64,000 nt of DNA from an uncultured delta proteobacterium (GTDB lineage Bacteria; Desulfobacterota; Binatia; JACPRU01). The notes under the pieces were generated by a model. That model saw nothing but the letters and a program-made list of their open reading frames with translations, searched no databases and had not been told where the DNA came from. The translations under genes were made by a program, and so were the position numbers. The stretch is from assembly GCA_963745025.1 (NCBI GenBank), contig CAVUWD010000006.1:1-64000 (forward strand). Reading direction: 5' to 3'. The first letter of the stretch is position 1, and each line of letters begins with the position of its first letter. Below, piece by piece: positions 1-9,339 of this stretch.

Positions 1-220
1 TCTATCCGTGACGCCGCCGGTCTCGCGGCCAACGTTGCCGGGCGGCCGCGAGCTCGACGTTCGCCACTCCGCGCTCCCCCACCCTACGGGAAGGCTGAAG
101 CACAGACGATAGCCGCGCGCGCCGGGTGGCGGGAAACCCCGAATTGCACCGGCCCCCGATCTTGATCGATTGCGCCATCTGCTGAAGGATCGACCGCAAG
201 GCAACCTGCCGCATCCCAAG

Positions 221-834
221 ATGGGCTTCTACCGAGATCGAGTGATCCCCCGCGTCATCGACCTGGTGATGCGGAACAAGGAGGCGGGGCGCCGCCGCGC
301 GGAGGTCGTCCCAGCGGCGAGCGGTCGAGTGCTCGAGATCGGCATCGGCTCGGGACTGAACTTGCCCTTCTACTCGCGCGGCGTTCAGCGACTTTTCGGC
401 GTCGATCCCTCCGCCGACCTCCTGAACGTGACGCGGCGGAAGATCGATGGGCTTCCCTTTCCGGTGGAGCTCCTCCACCAATCGGCGGAGGCGCTTGCTC
501 TCGATGACCGCTCGATCGACACGGCGGTCGCTACCTGGGTGCTCTGCACATCGCCGATCCACTGCGGGCGCTCCAAGAGATCCGCCGCGTGTTGAAACCC
601 GACGGGCGGATGCTCTTCATCGAGCATGGCCTCGCTCCCGACCATCGCGTGCGGACCTGGCAAGAGCGCCTGAATCCTGTCTGGCGGCGGCTCTCGGGCG
701 GATGCAACATGAACCGCAAGACCGACGATCTCCTACGGCGAGCGGGATTTCAGATCGCGGAGCTGGAGAACTTCTACCTGGGCGGGATCCCGCTGCTCAC
801 ATACACGTACGAGGGGATCGCGCGCCCGGCATGA
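221..834 (+). pseudogene. Class I SAM-dependent methyltransferase, one frameshift near 549
   Basis: MGFYRDRVIPR..VLEIGIGSGLNL motif I. The reading frame resumes in another frame as (I)ADPLRALQEIRRVLKPDGR..GGCNMNR. Confidence 0.8.
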
Positions 835-856
835 GGCGCCATTCTCGGCCGCGTCT

Positions 857-906
857 TCCGTTCTCCGGTCGGGACGATGGCGAACTGGGCCTGCGCATTG
901 AAGGTT
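857..906. repeat. Dispersed repeat A, copy 1 (second copy 22092-22141)
   Basis: 50 bp, 4 mismatches by manual alignment. Confidence 0.85.
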
Positions 907-1605
907 CTCGGAAACGAAGCGGAAGAGCGGCTGCTCATCGAGGCAGGGCGGGGGAGGGGGGGTTCGAACACCACGGGGCTCTGAGGTGGAGAGCTCGTTG
1001 CAGTGAAGCGCCTCCGAGCTTCGGCAAGGTGTCGTCTACGGTGCCGATGTCGACGATGTGCATCATGTCGCTGCGCGCCTCGCGAGCCTAGCCGCCGATC
1101 ACCAACCCGCCGTCGTCCGTCTCGAAGAAGTCGACCCCGCGAAACGGGTTGTCGACGCTGAGCTTCAGAATCAGCGGAACGGCGGAGCACCGCCTGTCCG
1201 TTTCTCCCGTGCGCGTCGAATAGGTCTCCATCGTCGCTGCGTGGCCGTTCAGCACGTTGGAGGGCAGCGTGTTGCCGAAACGTAAGCTGATCAACCCGAA
1301 ACCGGGCGACAGCGATACATCCGGCGCGACGAGCAGGGTCACTTTACCGGAGAACAGGCCGACGTCGGTCGGTCGCTCGCCAGGAGGACCGGCGGCGAAA
1401 GGTAGAACACGAAGCACCGAAAAGGGACAAGGAGATCGCGGCGACCGGAAGCCCGCTGACTAGCTCGTTTTCCTCTTCTCTTCGTCCAGCCTCTGCGCTA
1501 AGCGAGGCGGATGGCGAAGGTACTACCGCCGTTCACCGTCAACGGCATCACGTAACAGGACAAATCCGAACCTTGAGCATGCCGTTTTCGAGAGAAGAGG
1601 TCACC

Positions 1606-2118
1606 ATGCAGAAGCTGTTTTGCAGCATTACGTTCGCGATCGTCGTCCTAACCCCTACTCTTTCGTTCGCTCAGTGGGGCGCCGGCGGGCGCCGGACGAT
1701 TCAGTGCGAGTCCGAGAGCAACCGTTATGCGTACTGCCGGACATATACGACGGGAAAAGTAGAGCTGCGCAAGCAGTTGAGCAAAGCCCGATGTGAAGAA
1801 TACAACACCTGGGGAGCCGCCGGCGACGGCAGCGGCGTCTGGGTGCGAGACGGTTGTCGAGCGGTGTTTGCCGTCAGAGAACGCTATTGGGGGTGGGGGG
1901 GTAACGGCGGCGACTGGAATGGTAGCGCTCGGATTGTCCACTGTACATCCACGCACTACACCTACAACCATTGTCCGGTGCCGGGTGGGCCGCGAATAGC
2001 GAGGCTCGTGCGCCAACTCAGCAATGCCAGTTGCGTGCGCGGCAGCAGCTGGGGAGAAGACCGCTATGGGATCTGGGTGGATGATGGATGCGAGGGGGAG
2101 TTCGAGGTCCGGCGATAG
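1606..2118 (+). CDS. Secreted DUF3011-like protein with two repeats
   Basis: Signal peptide followed by two C..C..RQLS..C..WG..WV..GC..F repeats. GAGG RBS upstream. Confidence 0.8.
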   Translation: MQKLFCSITFAIVVLTPTLSFAQWGAGGRRTIQCESESNRYAYCRTYTTGKVELRKQLSKARCEEYNTWGAAGDGSGVWVRDGCRAVFAVRERYWGWGGNGGDWNGSARIVHCTSTHYTYNHCPVPGGPRIARLVRQLSNASCVRGSSWGEDRYGIWVDDGCEGEFEVRR

Positions 2119-2199
2119 CAATCAACCATAACCATGGGGAGCCCCCTCCGGGATCAGCCGCCCCTGTAAAATCAGCGATGGCGCTTACGGCGATCTATG

Positions 2200-2510
2200 T
2201 ACTGTTGGTGCCGTCGACCGCATCGCTTCTGGCGAATGGAGGGGACGAGGTACTTCTTCGCCCGCCCCTCGATGCCGATCAGCGGGACGCCTTCCTTCTT
2301 CGCTTCCAGGGCACCTACGGCCCTGCCGTTCGACGAGCAGCAGGTAGTCAGCGAAGCCGTAGCCCTTCGCCATCTTGAACTCGCGGACTGCGACGCCGCG
2401 TCCCGCCGTCAGGTGGTTTCGTCGCGGTCCTGGACCTTCCAGCCTGCTTCGACTAGATCGGCGTCGATGCGCTCGCGAGCTTCTGCTTCCGGGCCTTTTG
2501 GCGGCGCCAT
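2200..2510 (-). pseudogene. hsdR: Type I restriction enzyme R subunit, N-terminal remnant
   Basis: PEAEARERIDADLVEAGW.VQ, GVAVREF..GFADYLL and EAKK are spread over shifted frames and then truncated. Confidence 0.75.
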
Positions 2511-2753
2511 CAGGAGCAGCCGCCCGGACAGGAGCGCCCCCGGCGTTTTGGCGATTCGCAATCGCGCTCGGCCCTCTCGCGATGGGAGATCGACGCTGCC
2601 GCGGTCCACGGCCCGCGTATTTGTATCCAACCTCGCTCAGCTGCCGGTTTGAGGCGCCGGGGGATCCGCGAGGGTCGAGAGACACCCCGCGCATTTTATC
2701 CCCGGCAGGTTCACGTACCGGACGGGGTGCTCATCCCTCGTCGAGGTAGTGGG

Positions 2754-2820
2754 TGATGAGTCCGTGGGGTTCGCGGCACCGTGACGGTCACGGTTTTCGC
2801 CCCTTCTTCAGCCTATTCCT
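2754..2820. repeat. Dispersed repeat B, copy 1 (second copy 22143-22209)
   Basis: 67 bp, 3 mismatches. Contains GGTCACGGTTTTCGCCCCT, which is also at 3020-3038. Confidence 0.9.
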
Positions 2821-2926
2821 GCCGCTTTTTGCCGTCTCGCTGGTCATCGTCAGAATCGTCGGAAACCCTTGACTCCAGCGGGTTTGCAGGGCTTTGTTCG
2901 GTTTCAGGGGGATCTTCGTGACAGAT

Positions 2927-2947
2927 GTTCGATTCCCAGTGGGACCA
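2927..2947 (+). mobile_element. tRNA 3' fragment, putative att core
   Basis: GTTCGATTCCCAGTGGGACCA reads as T-loop, 3' T-stem and 3' acceptor strand, with no 5' half. It lies next to an integrase remnant. Confidence 0.65.
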
Positions 2948-2979
2948 CTTCGTTTTCCGCTGATCGATCGCACCAGTTA

Positions 2980-3175
2980 GGCCATCTCCGACCGCGCGGG
3001 CGACCGAGGTCACGGTAGAGGTCACGGTTTTCGCCCCTCCCCGTGTCGGAGATCCGAGCGCCTTCACGCCGCCGTCCAGATCCTTCGGGAAGTAGCAGCC
3101 ATAGCTCCGCTCGATCGTAGCTGTCGACGTGCCGCAGGACTCGGCGATCGCCTTCACGTTCTCGCCGCCTGTGAT
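2980..3175 (-). pseudogene. Tyrosine integrase C-terminal remnant
   Basis: GENVKAIAESCGTSTATIERSY resembles box II with the catalytic Tyr. Confidence 0.6.
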
Positions 3176-3237
3176 AGGCGGAGGCTGGTCAGGGAAGCGA
3201 TTCGAAGGCCACCGCCGGCGGCTCGGTGTTTCCCGCG

Positions 3238-3603
3238 TTACGCGCCCTTGGCGTTCCAGATGTCTCGGTGGAGGCGCCACTGCCCGCCGACCTTCTTCCA
3301 CACGACGACGTACTTGATGGTCGCACCCCCCGACTCGAGGGTCAGGACCGCCTCGCCGACCTCGTGCGCAGTGTCGCCGGCGATCTCCAGATCGAGGGTG
3401 TCGAGCCGCACGTCCTTGACACCGAGCTGCTGGATCGCGGAGCCCCAGAACTGCTTGATGTTGTCCCGTCCCTTCACGAACGGGGCGTCCGGAGGCATCA
3501 CGATCGCGTCCGCCGTGTAGAGAGCGGCAATCCGCTCCGTGTCCCGCCTGCGCGCCGCATCCTCGAACGCTCGATTGACGGCTTCGATCTCCGTTCGGCT
3601 CAT
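3238..3603 (-). CDS. DUF4440 / NTF2-like (YybH family) protein
   Basis: AALYTADAIVMPP..GRDNI..KYVVVWKK.GGQWRLHRDIWN. Confidence 0.85.
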   Translation of the reverse strand: MSRTEIEAVNRAFEDAARRRDTERIAALYTADAIVMPPDAPFVKGRDNIKQFWGSAIQQLGVKDVRLDTLDLEIAGDTAHEVGEAVLTLESGGATIKYVVVWKKVGGQWRLHRDIWNAKGA

Positions 3604-3916
3604 GAGCACCTCCCGGTACGGTGTGTTCGAGTCCGCCCGTCGCCGCCGGGCGGCGGCCGTCGAGCGGTGCCGCGACTCTACGCGCAACGCCCTGCGCAGG
3701 GCAACCCCGTCGTGTGGCAAGCACTGAAGATGTTGGCCACGGCAGTTAGCGCGTCCCCCGCGATCGTCGCTCCGACAAGCTCGGCCGAGTGACGGTCAGC
3801 GGAGTATTCCTGGGGGCGGGCCATCACGAGCGTGTATGCGCCGACGAGGGGGTCTGTACCAATTGAAGAACCTCGCGAAGGAGTACGTCGAGGCGTGCAC
3901 CACGTCGTGGGATAAC

Positions 3917-4449
3917 TCAGCGCTTCAGGCCTCTGTAGTCGACGAGCGCCTGGCGGATCGTCTTCACGGCGTCGAAGGGACCTTCGAAGTCTTCGATCGT
4001 GACTTGTTTGTTCTCGAGCGTCTTGTAGTCCTCGAAGAAGCGCTTGAGCTCGCGCGAGCGGGTGCGGCGGGAGCTCGCGGATGTGCGTGTAGTGCGAGAA
4101 CGCCGGGTCATCGAGGTGGATCGGCGATGATCTTGTCGTCGAGGCCCTTGTCGTCGCGCATCTGCATGACGCCGATCGCTCGCGCGCGCATCAAGCACAT
4201 CGGTTCGACGGGCTCCTGGCCGAGCACGAGCACGTCGAGCGGGTCGCCGTCGTCGCAGTACGTCTGCGGGATGAACCCGTAGTTCGCGGGATAGTGCACC
4301 GCGGAGAAGAGGATGCGATCGACCTTGAGCAGACCGGTCTCCTTGTCGAGCTCGTACTTCACCTTCGAGCCCTTCGGGATCTCGATGAACGCGGAGAACC
4401 ATTCGTCGATCGGCTCTTCGACCTTCACGTCGTGCCACGGGTGCGCCAT
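3917..4449 (-). pseudogene. ppa: Family I inorganic pyrophosphatase with two frameshifts (possibly sequencing errors)
   Basis: [41 protein letters not shown]. The C-terminus ELKRFFEDYK is in another frame. Confidence 0.85.
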
Positions 4450-4461
4450 TCGAACCTCCAG

Positions 4462-4640
4462 TTACTGAATGCCTGCGTCCACGACCGCGACGCGTTGGAC
4501 CTGCACGAGCTCGTCGCTGAGCTCGGCGAGCGTCTCGGGGTCGAGACCGAACTCCTTGCGAAGGGCGCGCAGCGACACGCGCCGATGGCGCTCGAGGAAC
4601 GTCCGTGCGCGGTCGACCGTCTCGAGGAAGCTCACTGCGT
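4462..4640 (-). pseudogene. N-terminal remnant of a cyclase-AAA family gene
   Basis: FLETVDRARTFLERHRRVSLRALRKEFGLD..L.DELV resembles the N-terminal segment of this family. Nothing else of the gene follows. Confidence 0.5.
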
Positions 4641-4728
4641 CTACACCTGTCCTAATCCCTTGGCCACCTGCGCGGCCTGTGCGCGCTGACAATTGACACG
4701 AGATTCGTGAAACACTAGCTTCGTGTCA

Positions 4729-4971
4729 ATGAAGAACATCACGATAACTGTCGACGAGGAGGTCGCCCGGTGGGCGAGGGTTTGGGCGGCTGAGCAAAAT
4801 ACCAGCGTGTCCCGGTTCGTCGGAGACCTGCTGCGCCGGCGGATGATCGAAGAGCAAGACTATGAACTCGCGATGCGACGGTATGGCCGACGAAAGCCCG
4901 TCGAGTTGAAGGCCAGCTCCGCAAGCTACCCCAAGCGGGACGAGCTGCATGCCCGAACCGATCTTCGTTGA
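4729..4971 (+). CDS. Ribbon-helix-helix (CopG-like) antitoxin
   Basis: MKNITITVDEEVARWARV.AAE.NTSVS..RDELH. Overlaps the PIN gene. Confidence 0.8.
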   Translation: MKNITITVDEEVARWARVWAAEQNTSVSRFVGDLLRRRMIEEQDYELAMRRYGRRKPVELKASSASYPKRDELHARTDLR

Positions 4972-5389
4972 CACCAACGTCCTCGTTTACGCACGCGATA
5001 CGTCCGAAGCCGACAAGCAGGCAAGAGCGAACGCATGGATGACTCACCTCTGGCGAGCGCGCGCCGGGCGGCTGAGCATCCAGGTCCTCCATGAATTCTA
5101 CGTCACCGTCACGCAAAAGCTGCGGCCGGGTCTCGATCGTGAAATCGCACGCGAGGAAGTGAGGGATCTCCTGACCTGGCGTCCGCTTCTGCTCGATCGC
5201 GCGCTCACGGAAGGCGCGTGGGGCATCCAAGACCGCCATGGCCTTTCGTGGTGGGATTCGCTCGTCGTGTCCGCGGGGCAGGTCGCCGGCTGTCGCTATC
5301 TCTTGACCGAGGATCTCAGCGACGGGCAGCGCTATGATGATCTCGTCGTCGTGAACCCGTTCCAACACGATCCCGGTTCGGTCGAATGA
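4949..5389 (+). CDS. PIN-domain (VapC-like) toxin
   Basis: FVDTNVLVYA..QVLHEF..WWDSL..LLTED provides the acidic tetrad. Confidence 0.9.
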   Translation: MPEPIFVDTNVLVYARDTSEADKQARANAWMTHLWRARAGRLSIQVLHEFYVTVTQKLRPGLDREIAREEVRDLLTWRPLLLDRALTEGAWGIQDRHGLSWWDSLVVSAGQVAGCRYLLTEDLSDGQRYDDLVVVNPFQHDPGSVE

Positions 5390-5439
5390 CCTGCTCGCCT
5401 TCGCCTGCGAGCTGCCTCGTCCAGGAGTCCGCCTTCAAG

Positions 5440-5738
5440 GTCCGAGCTCCTTCGCAACCTGCTCGGCGCGGATCGGGGCGCCGATCTCGGTGAACAGCCG
5501 GTGCGCGGAGCTCGCGCCGGCGGGCGGTGTCGTCGCCGTTCAGTCGTTGCAGCGCGGCGCGCTCGACATAAGGGAAGGCTTGGTAGCTCTTCGCGCCCGA
5601 CATCTCGATCCACGCGCCGGCATCGGCGAACTCCGCGCTGCAGCGCGGGCAGCGCGCGGCGAACGTTGCTCCGCACTCCAAGCAGAACCTGGCCCGGTCC
5701 GGGTTGTCGTGGCCACAGGACGCGCAGACCACCATCAA
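5440..5738 (-). pseudogene. Internally deleted zinc-ribbon cyclase/AAA/TPR gene
   Basis: Double zinc ribbon (CASCG..FCLECG..CPRC) joined directly to a C-terminal segment ..HRLFTEIGAPIRAEQVAKEL. Confidence 0.65.
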
Positions 5739-5760
5739 CCACCGTCCAGCGGAGTCCGCG

Positions 5761-6453
5761 TCATTGATCGACGGCCTCCTGGTCGAGAAGTCGCCGCGCC
5801 TCCGTCATGTGCGGAGCTGCGAAGCCCTCGGAGAACCCACCGTAGACCTCCGCCAGCTCGAGCCTCGAGTCCTTGCTCGGGAAATGTCGCGTCAGGCTCG
5901 TCACGGCGCGGAGCTCCCACCACAACGCCCCCGCGCGTCGAGCGATGTCGCGAGCCTTGCGAAAACAGGCCTCGGCCTCCTCGGGTTTTTTCTGAGCGAT
6001 CGCGACCTCGCCGGCGACCCGATGAACCTCGGCTTCGTAGAATCGCTCGCCCGATTCCTCCACTCGGGTGCGCGCCTCTAGTACGGCCGACTCGGCGAGG
6101 TCGAGACGACAGGCGGCGAGACGGGCGTCGCCCAGGTTGGTGAGCTGCCAGGTCCTGGAGAGCCTCGTCGACAGCTCCTCGGCTCGAGCGATGGCCTTCT
6201 GCATTTCGGCGACTCCCTCAGTTGGGCGGCCCCGCTTGGCGATCGCCCAGCCGTGGGCCACCTTGAACCACAACGTCAGTTCCTCGAAGCCTTGCCGATC
6301 ACCCGATTCGATCGCGGCAGCGGTCACCTCGAACAGATCGTCGACCTCGCCGCAGACTTGCAGCACGAACATCTGCGAGTGGTACCGACCGAGCCAGGCG
6401 CCCCGCACGGTCACCCTCAAGGGGATGTCCGAGCCCGCGACGGTCTTCGCCAT
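5761..6453 (-). pseudogene. C-terminal TPR remnant of a cyclase/AAA ATPase
   Basis: ERFYEAEVHR.AGE..AEACFRKA..WELRAVTSL..YGGFSEGF is typical of this C-terminus. The N-terminus is missing. Confidence 0.7.
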
Positions 6454-6561
6454 TCGCTGGTCATAGCGTAAGTCGAGCGCCCCCGCCGCGACTCCACTTG
6501 AGCCCCCATGACCGAGTCGCTGCGCAGATCAAACAGAGGCGCCGGGTCTTTGCTAGCCTAA

Positions 6562-7005
6562 CCTAACTTCCGCAGTTCGAGGGGTCGAGTCTCGGCCTTT
6601 CGCATACTTAGGTTGCGGAGTTGGCACTACATTTCGGAGATCTTCGGGGGCACCCTCAGGCGCTCGGGGAGCCTCAGGGCGAGGCGATCGAGGAGCATGG
6701 CCTGAGCCCTGTCAGGCCGGACCACACAGCGGATCGAAGCTTTCGGTTCGGATCCTCGGCCAACGGCAGCGCGACATCCGTGCTCTGGATTCGACCAAGC
6801 TCCTCAAAAATCGTCCGCGGGCTGTTTCCCAATTCGGCGCGGCTGCCACTGCTCAAGCGTCTTCCACAGCGCCTAGGCGAGGAAGCAAACCAGGATGTGA
6901 GCCTGCACGCGCTCGGTCTTCTGATGCCAGATCGGGCGGATCGCGAGCTCGCTCTTCTGGATGCGGAAGGCCGCCTCAGCCTCGGTGAGCTGGACGTGGG
7001 TCTGA
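6562..7005 (-). mobile_element. IS1634-family transposase 3' remnant with right end
   Basis: [46 protein letters not shown]. Probable terminus CCTAACTTCCGCAGTT at 6562. Confidence 0.7.
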
Positions 7006-7150
7006 TGCGGGCTCAGTTCACGGTTGACGGTTTCGATCACGCCATGTTATCGCCGACCCGATCAGCAGATTCGTCTGTCGAGCCACGGAAAGTTCTAGGC
7101 GCTCGTAGTTGTAGGGATCCGATCGAGTTCGGTGCGGGAGGAACTGCGGC

Positions 7151-9286
7151 ATGGCCAGAGAAGTCCTGGCACTCGCGATGGACGCCGGCGGGACGATGAC
7201 GGACACCTTCATCGTCGATCGCGACGGCAACTTCGTCATCGGCAAGGCGCCAACGACGCCCTGGGATGAGTCCGAGGGCTTCATCGAATCCTCGCAGGAC
7301 GCCTTCCAGCAGTGGGGCGTGGACGAGCGCGCGGCGTTCTCCCAGTTCGAGATCGCCGTGTACGCCGGCACCACCATGCTCAACACGCTGCTCACGCGCA
7401 CGGGCCGCCGCATCGGTCTGATCACCAGCAAGGGCTTCGAAGACATCCTGGTGATGGAGCAAGGGCGGCAGGTCTGGTCCGGTTATTCCTACGCCGACCG
7501 CCTGCACTCGGCGACGCACGTGCACAACAAGCCGCTCGTGCCGCGGCGGGCCGTGCGCGGCGTCTCCGAGCGCACGAACATGTTCGGCACGATCGCGATC
7601 CCGCTCTACGAGCGTGACGCGAAACGAGCCGCCGAGGAGCTCCTCGAGCTCGATCTGCAGGGCATCGCGATCTGCTTTCTGTACAGCTTCGCGAATCCCC
7701 AGAACGAGCAGCGCATGGAAGCGATCGTGCGCGAGGCGATGCGCGCCAAAGGTGTCGACCTGCCGATCTATCTCTCCTCGCACATCCGGCCGGTGATCCG
7801 CGAGAACCAGCGCGTGAATGCGACGACGATCGAAGCCTACGCGGCGGATCCGGTGCGGAAGCAGCTCCACAACGTGGAAGGCGCCGCAGTGAGCCGCGGT
7901 TTCCGCAAGCAGATGACCACGATGCTGTCCTACGGCGGTCTGGCGAACATCCGCCACCCGCGCCTGCACGAGACGCTGATCTCGGGCCCCATCGGCGGCA
8001 TGCTCGGGGCGCACCACATCGCCAAGCTGATCGGCGCACCGAACGTGCTCGCCGTCGACATGGGCGGCACGAGCTACGACTTCGGGCTCATCACCAACGG
8101 CACGTTCAATCTCAACAACGAGCCCGAGATCGCCCGCTTCCGTCTCGCGCTGCCGAGCATCGAGCTCGACAGCATCCGCGGGGGCGCCGGCCTTTACGTG
8201 TCGGTCGACCCGATCACCAACCGCATCATCATGGGCCCGGAGGGGGCTGGCGCGAACCCGGGGCCGGTCTGCTTCGACCGAGGCAACAAGGAGCCGACGG
8301 TCACCGACTGTCTCGCGATCAACGGCTACCTGAACAAGGACAATTTCCTGGGCGGCAAGGTCAAGCTCAACCTGCTGACGGCGCGGAAAGCACTGAAGGA
8401 ACAGATCGCCGACAAGATCATGCTGAACGTCCACGAAGCAGCGGACGGCATCATCAAGCTCTGGCTGCAGACCGCGCAAGAAGCGACGAGGCGCGCCATC
8501 CAGGTCCGCGGAGGCGACGTCGCCGACTACGTGATCATGGGCTACGGTGGAGCCGGCCCGCTGGTGCTCGCCGGCGTATCGGAAGGGCAGCCGTTCAAGG
8601 GCGTCGTCACGTTCCCTTTCGCCGCGGCGTTCTCCGCCTTCGGCTGCACGACCACCGACTACTCGCATCGCTACACGCGCTCCAGCCTGTTCGCGCTCCC
8701 GCACAGGGCAGACAGCGCGCCGAAGGAGGCGGTTGCGAAGGGCCTCTCGGCATTGTGGGACCAGCTACAGGAGGAAGCGCGAGAGAGCTTCGTGAGCGAA
8801 GGCATGGATCTGTCGAAGGTCGGGTACCGGCGCATCGCGTTCGTGCGCTACGGCGGGCAGCTCGACGAGATCGAAGTGCCGTTCGCCCGGCCGTGGCAAG
8901 GCACGGCGAGTGATATCGATCACCTGATCGATTCGTTCGAGGACCTGTACACAAAGATCTTCGCCAAGGCCGCCAAGTACCCGAAGGCCGGCTACGCCAT
9001 CCTGCAGGTCGCGCTGGTCGCGTCGATCGAAACGCGTAAGCCCGAGTTGGCCTGCTATCCGGATCGGGGCCCGACGCCGCCGCCCGAGGCGAGAAAGGGC
9101 GAGCGCGACGTCTACCGCGACGGAGGTTGGCAAAAAGCGGCCATTTACGACATGGAGCTTCTCGAGCCCGGCAACATCATCAACGGACTCGCGATCCTCG
9201 AGCATCCCGCGACCACGCTGTTGGTGCCCGGTACGCGCCGGGCGCGTGTCGACGAGCGCAAGTTCATCTGGCTGGAGAATCTGTGA
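7151..9286 (+). CDS. acxA: Hydantoinase A/oxoprolinase family, acetone carboxylase beta-like subunit
   Basis: DAGGTMTD, GKAPTTP, SGPIGG, DMGGTSYD, GPEGAG..GPVC, YGGAGP. Confidence 0.85.
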   Translation: MAREVLALAMDAGGTMTDTFIVDRDGNFVIGKAPTTPWDESEGFIESSQDAFQQWGVDERAAFSQFEIAVYAGTTMLNTLLTRTGRRIGLITSKGFEDILVMEQGRQVWSGYSYADRLHSATHVHNKPLVPRRAVRGVSERTNMFGTIAIPLYERDAKRAAEELLELDLQGIAICFLYSFANPQNEQRMEAIVREAMRAKGVDLPIYLSSHIRPVIRENQRVNATTIEAYAADPVRKQLHNVEGAAVSRGFRKQMTTMLSYGGLANIRHPRLHETLISGPIGGMLGAHHIAKLIGAPNVLAVDMGGTSYDFGLITNGTFNLNNEPEIARFRLALPSIELDSIRGGAGLYVSVDPITNRIIMGPEGAGANPGPVCFDRGNKEPTVTDCLAINGYLNKDNFLGGKVKLNLLTARKALKEQIADKIMLNVHEAADGIIKLWLQTAQEATRRAIQVRGGDVADYVIMGYGGAGPLVLAGVSEGQPFKGVVTFPFAAAFSAFGCTTTDYSHRYTRSSLFALPHRADSAPKEAVAKGLSALWDQLQEEARESFVSEGMDLSKVGYRRIAFVRYGGQLDEIEVPFARPWQGTASDIDHLIDSFEDLYTKIFAKAAKYPKAGYAILQVALVASIETRKPELACYPDRGPTPPPEARKGERDVYRDGGWQKAAIYDMELLEPGNIINGLAILEHPATTLLVPGTRRARVDERKFIWLENL

Positions 9287-9339
9287 CGCTTCCCCGCAGG
9301 AACGCTGCCGGCCGTAAGTCCGGATAAGGAGACACCACG

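Noticed and set aside
1088-1417. Minus-strand 109-aa ORF
   Set aside because: It may be a coding remnant, but it has no recognisable motif or convincing start.
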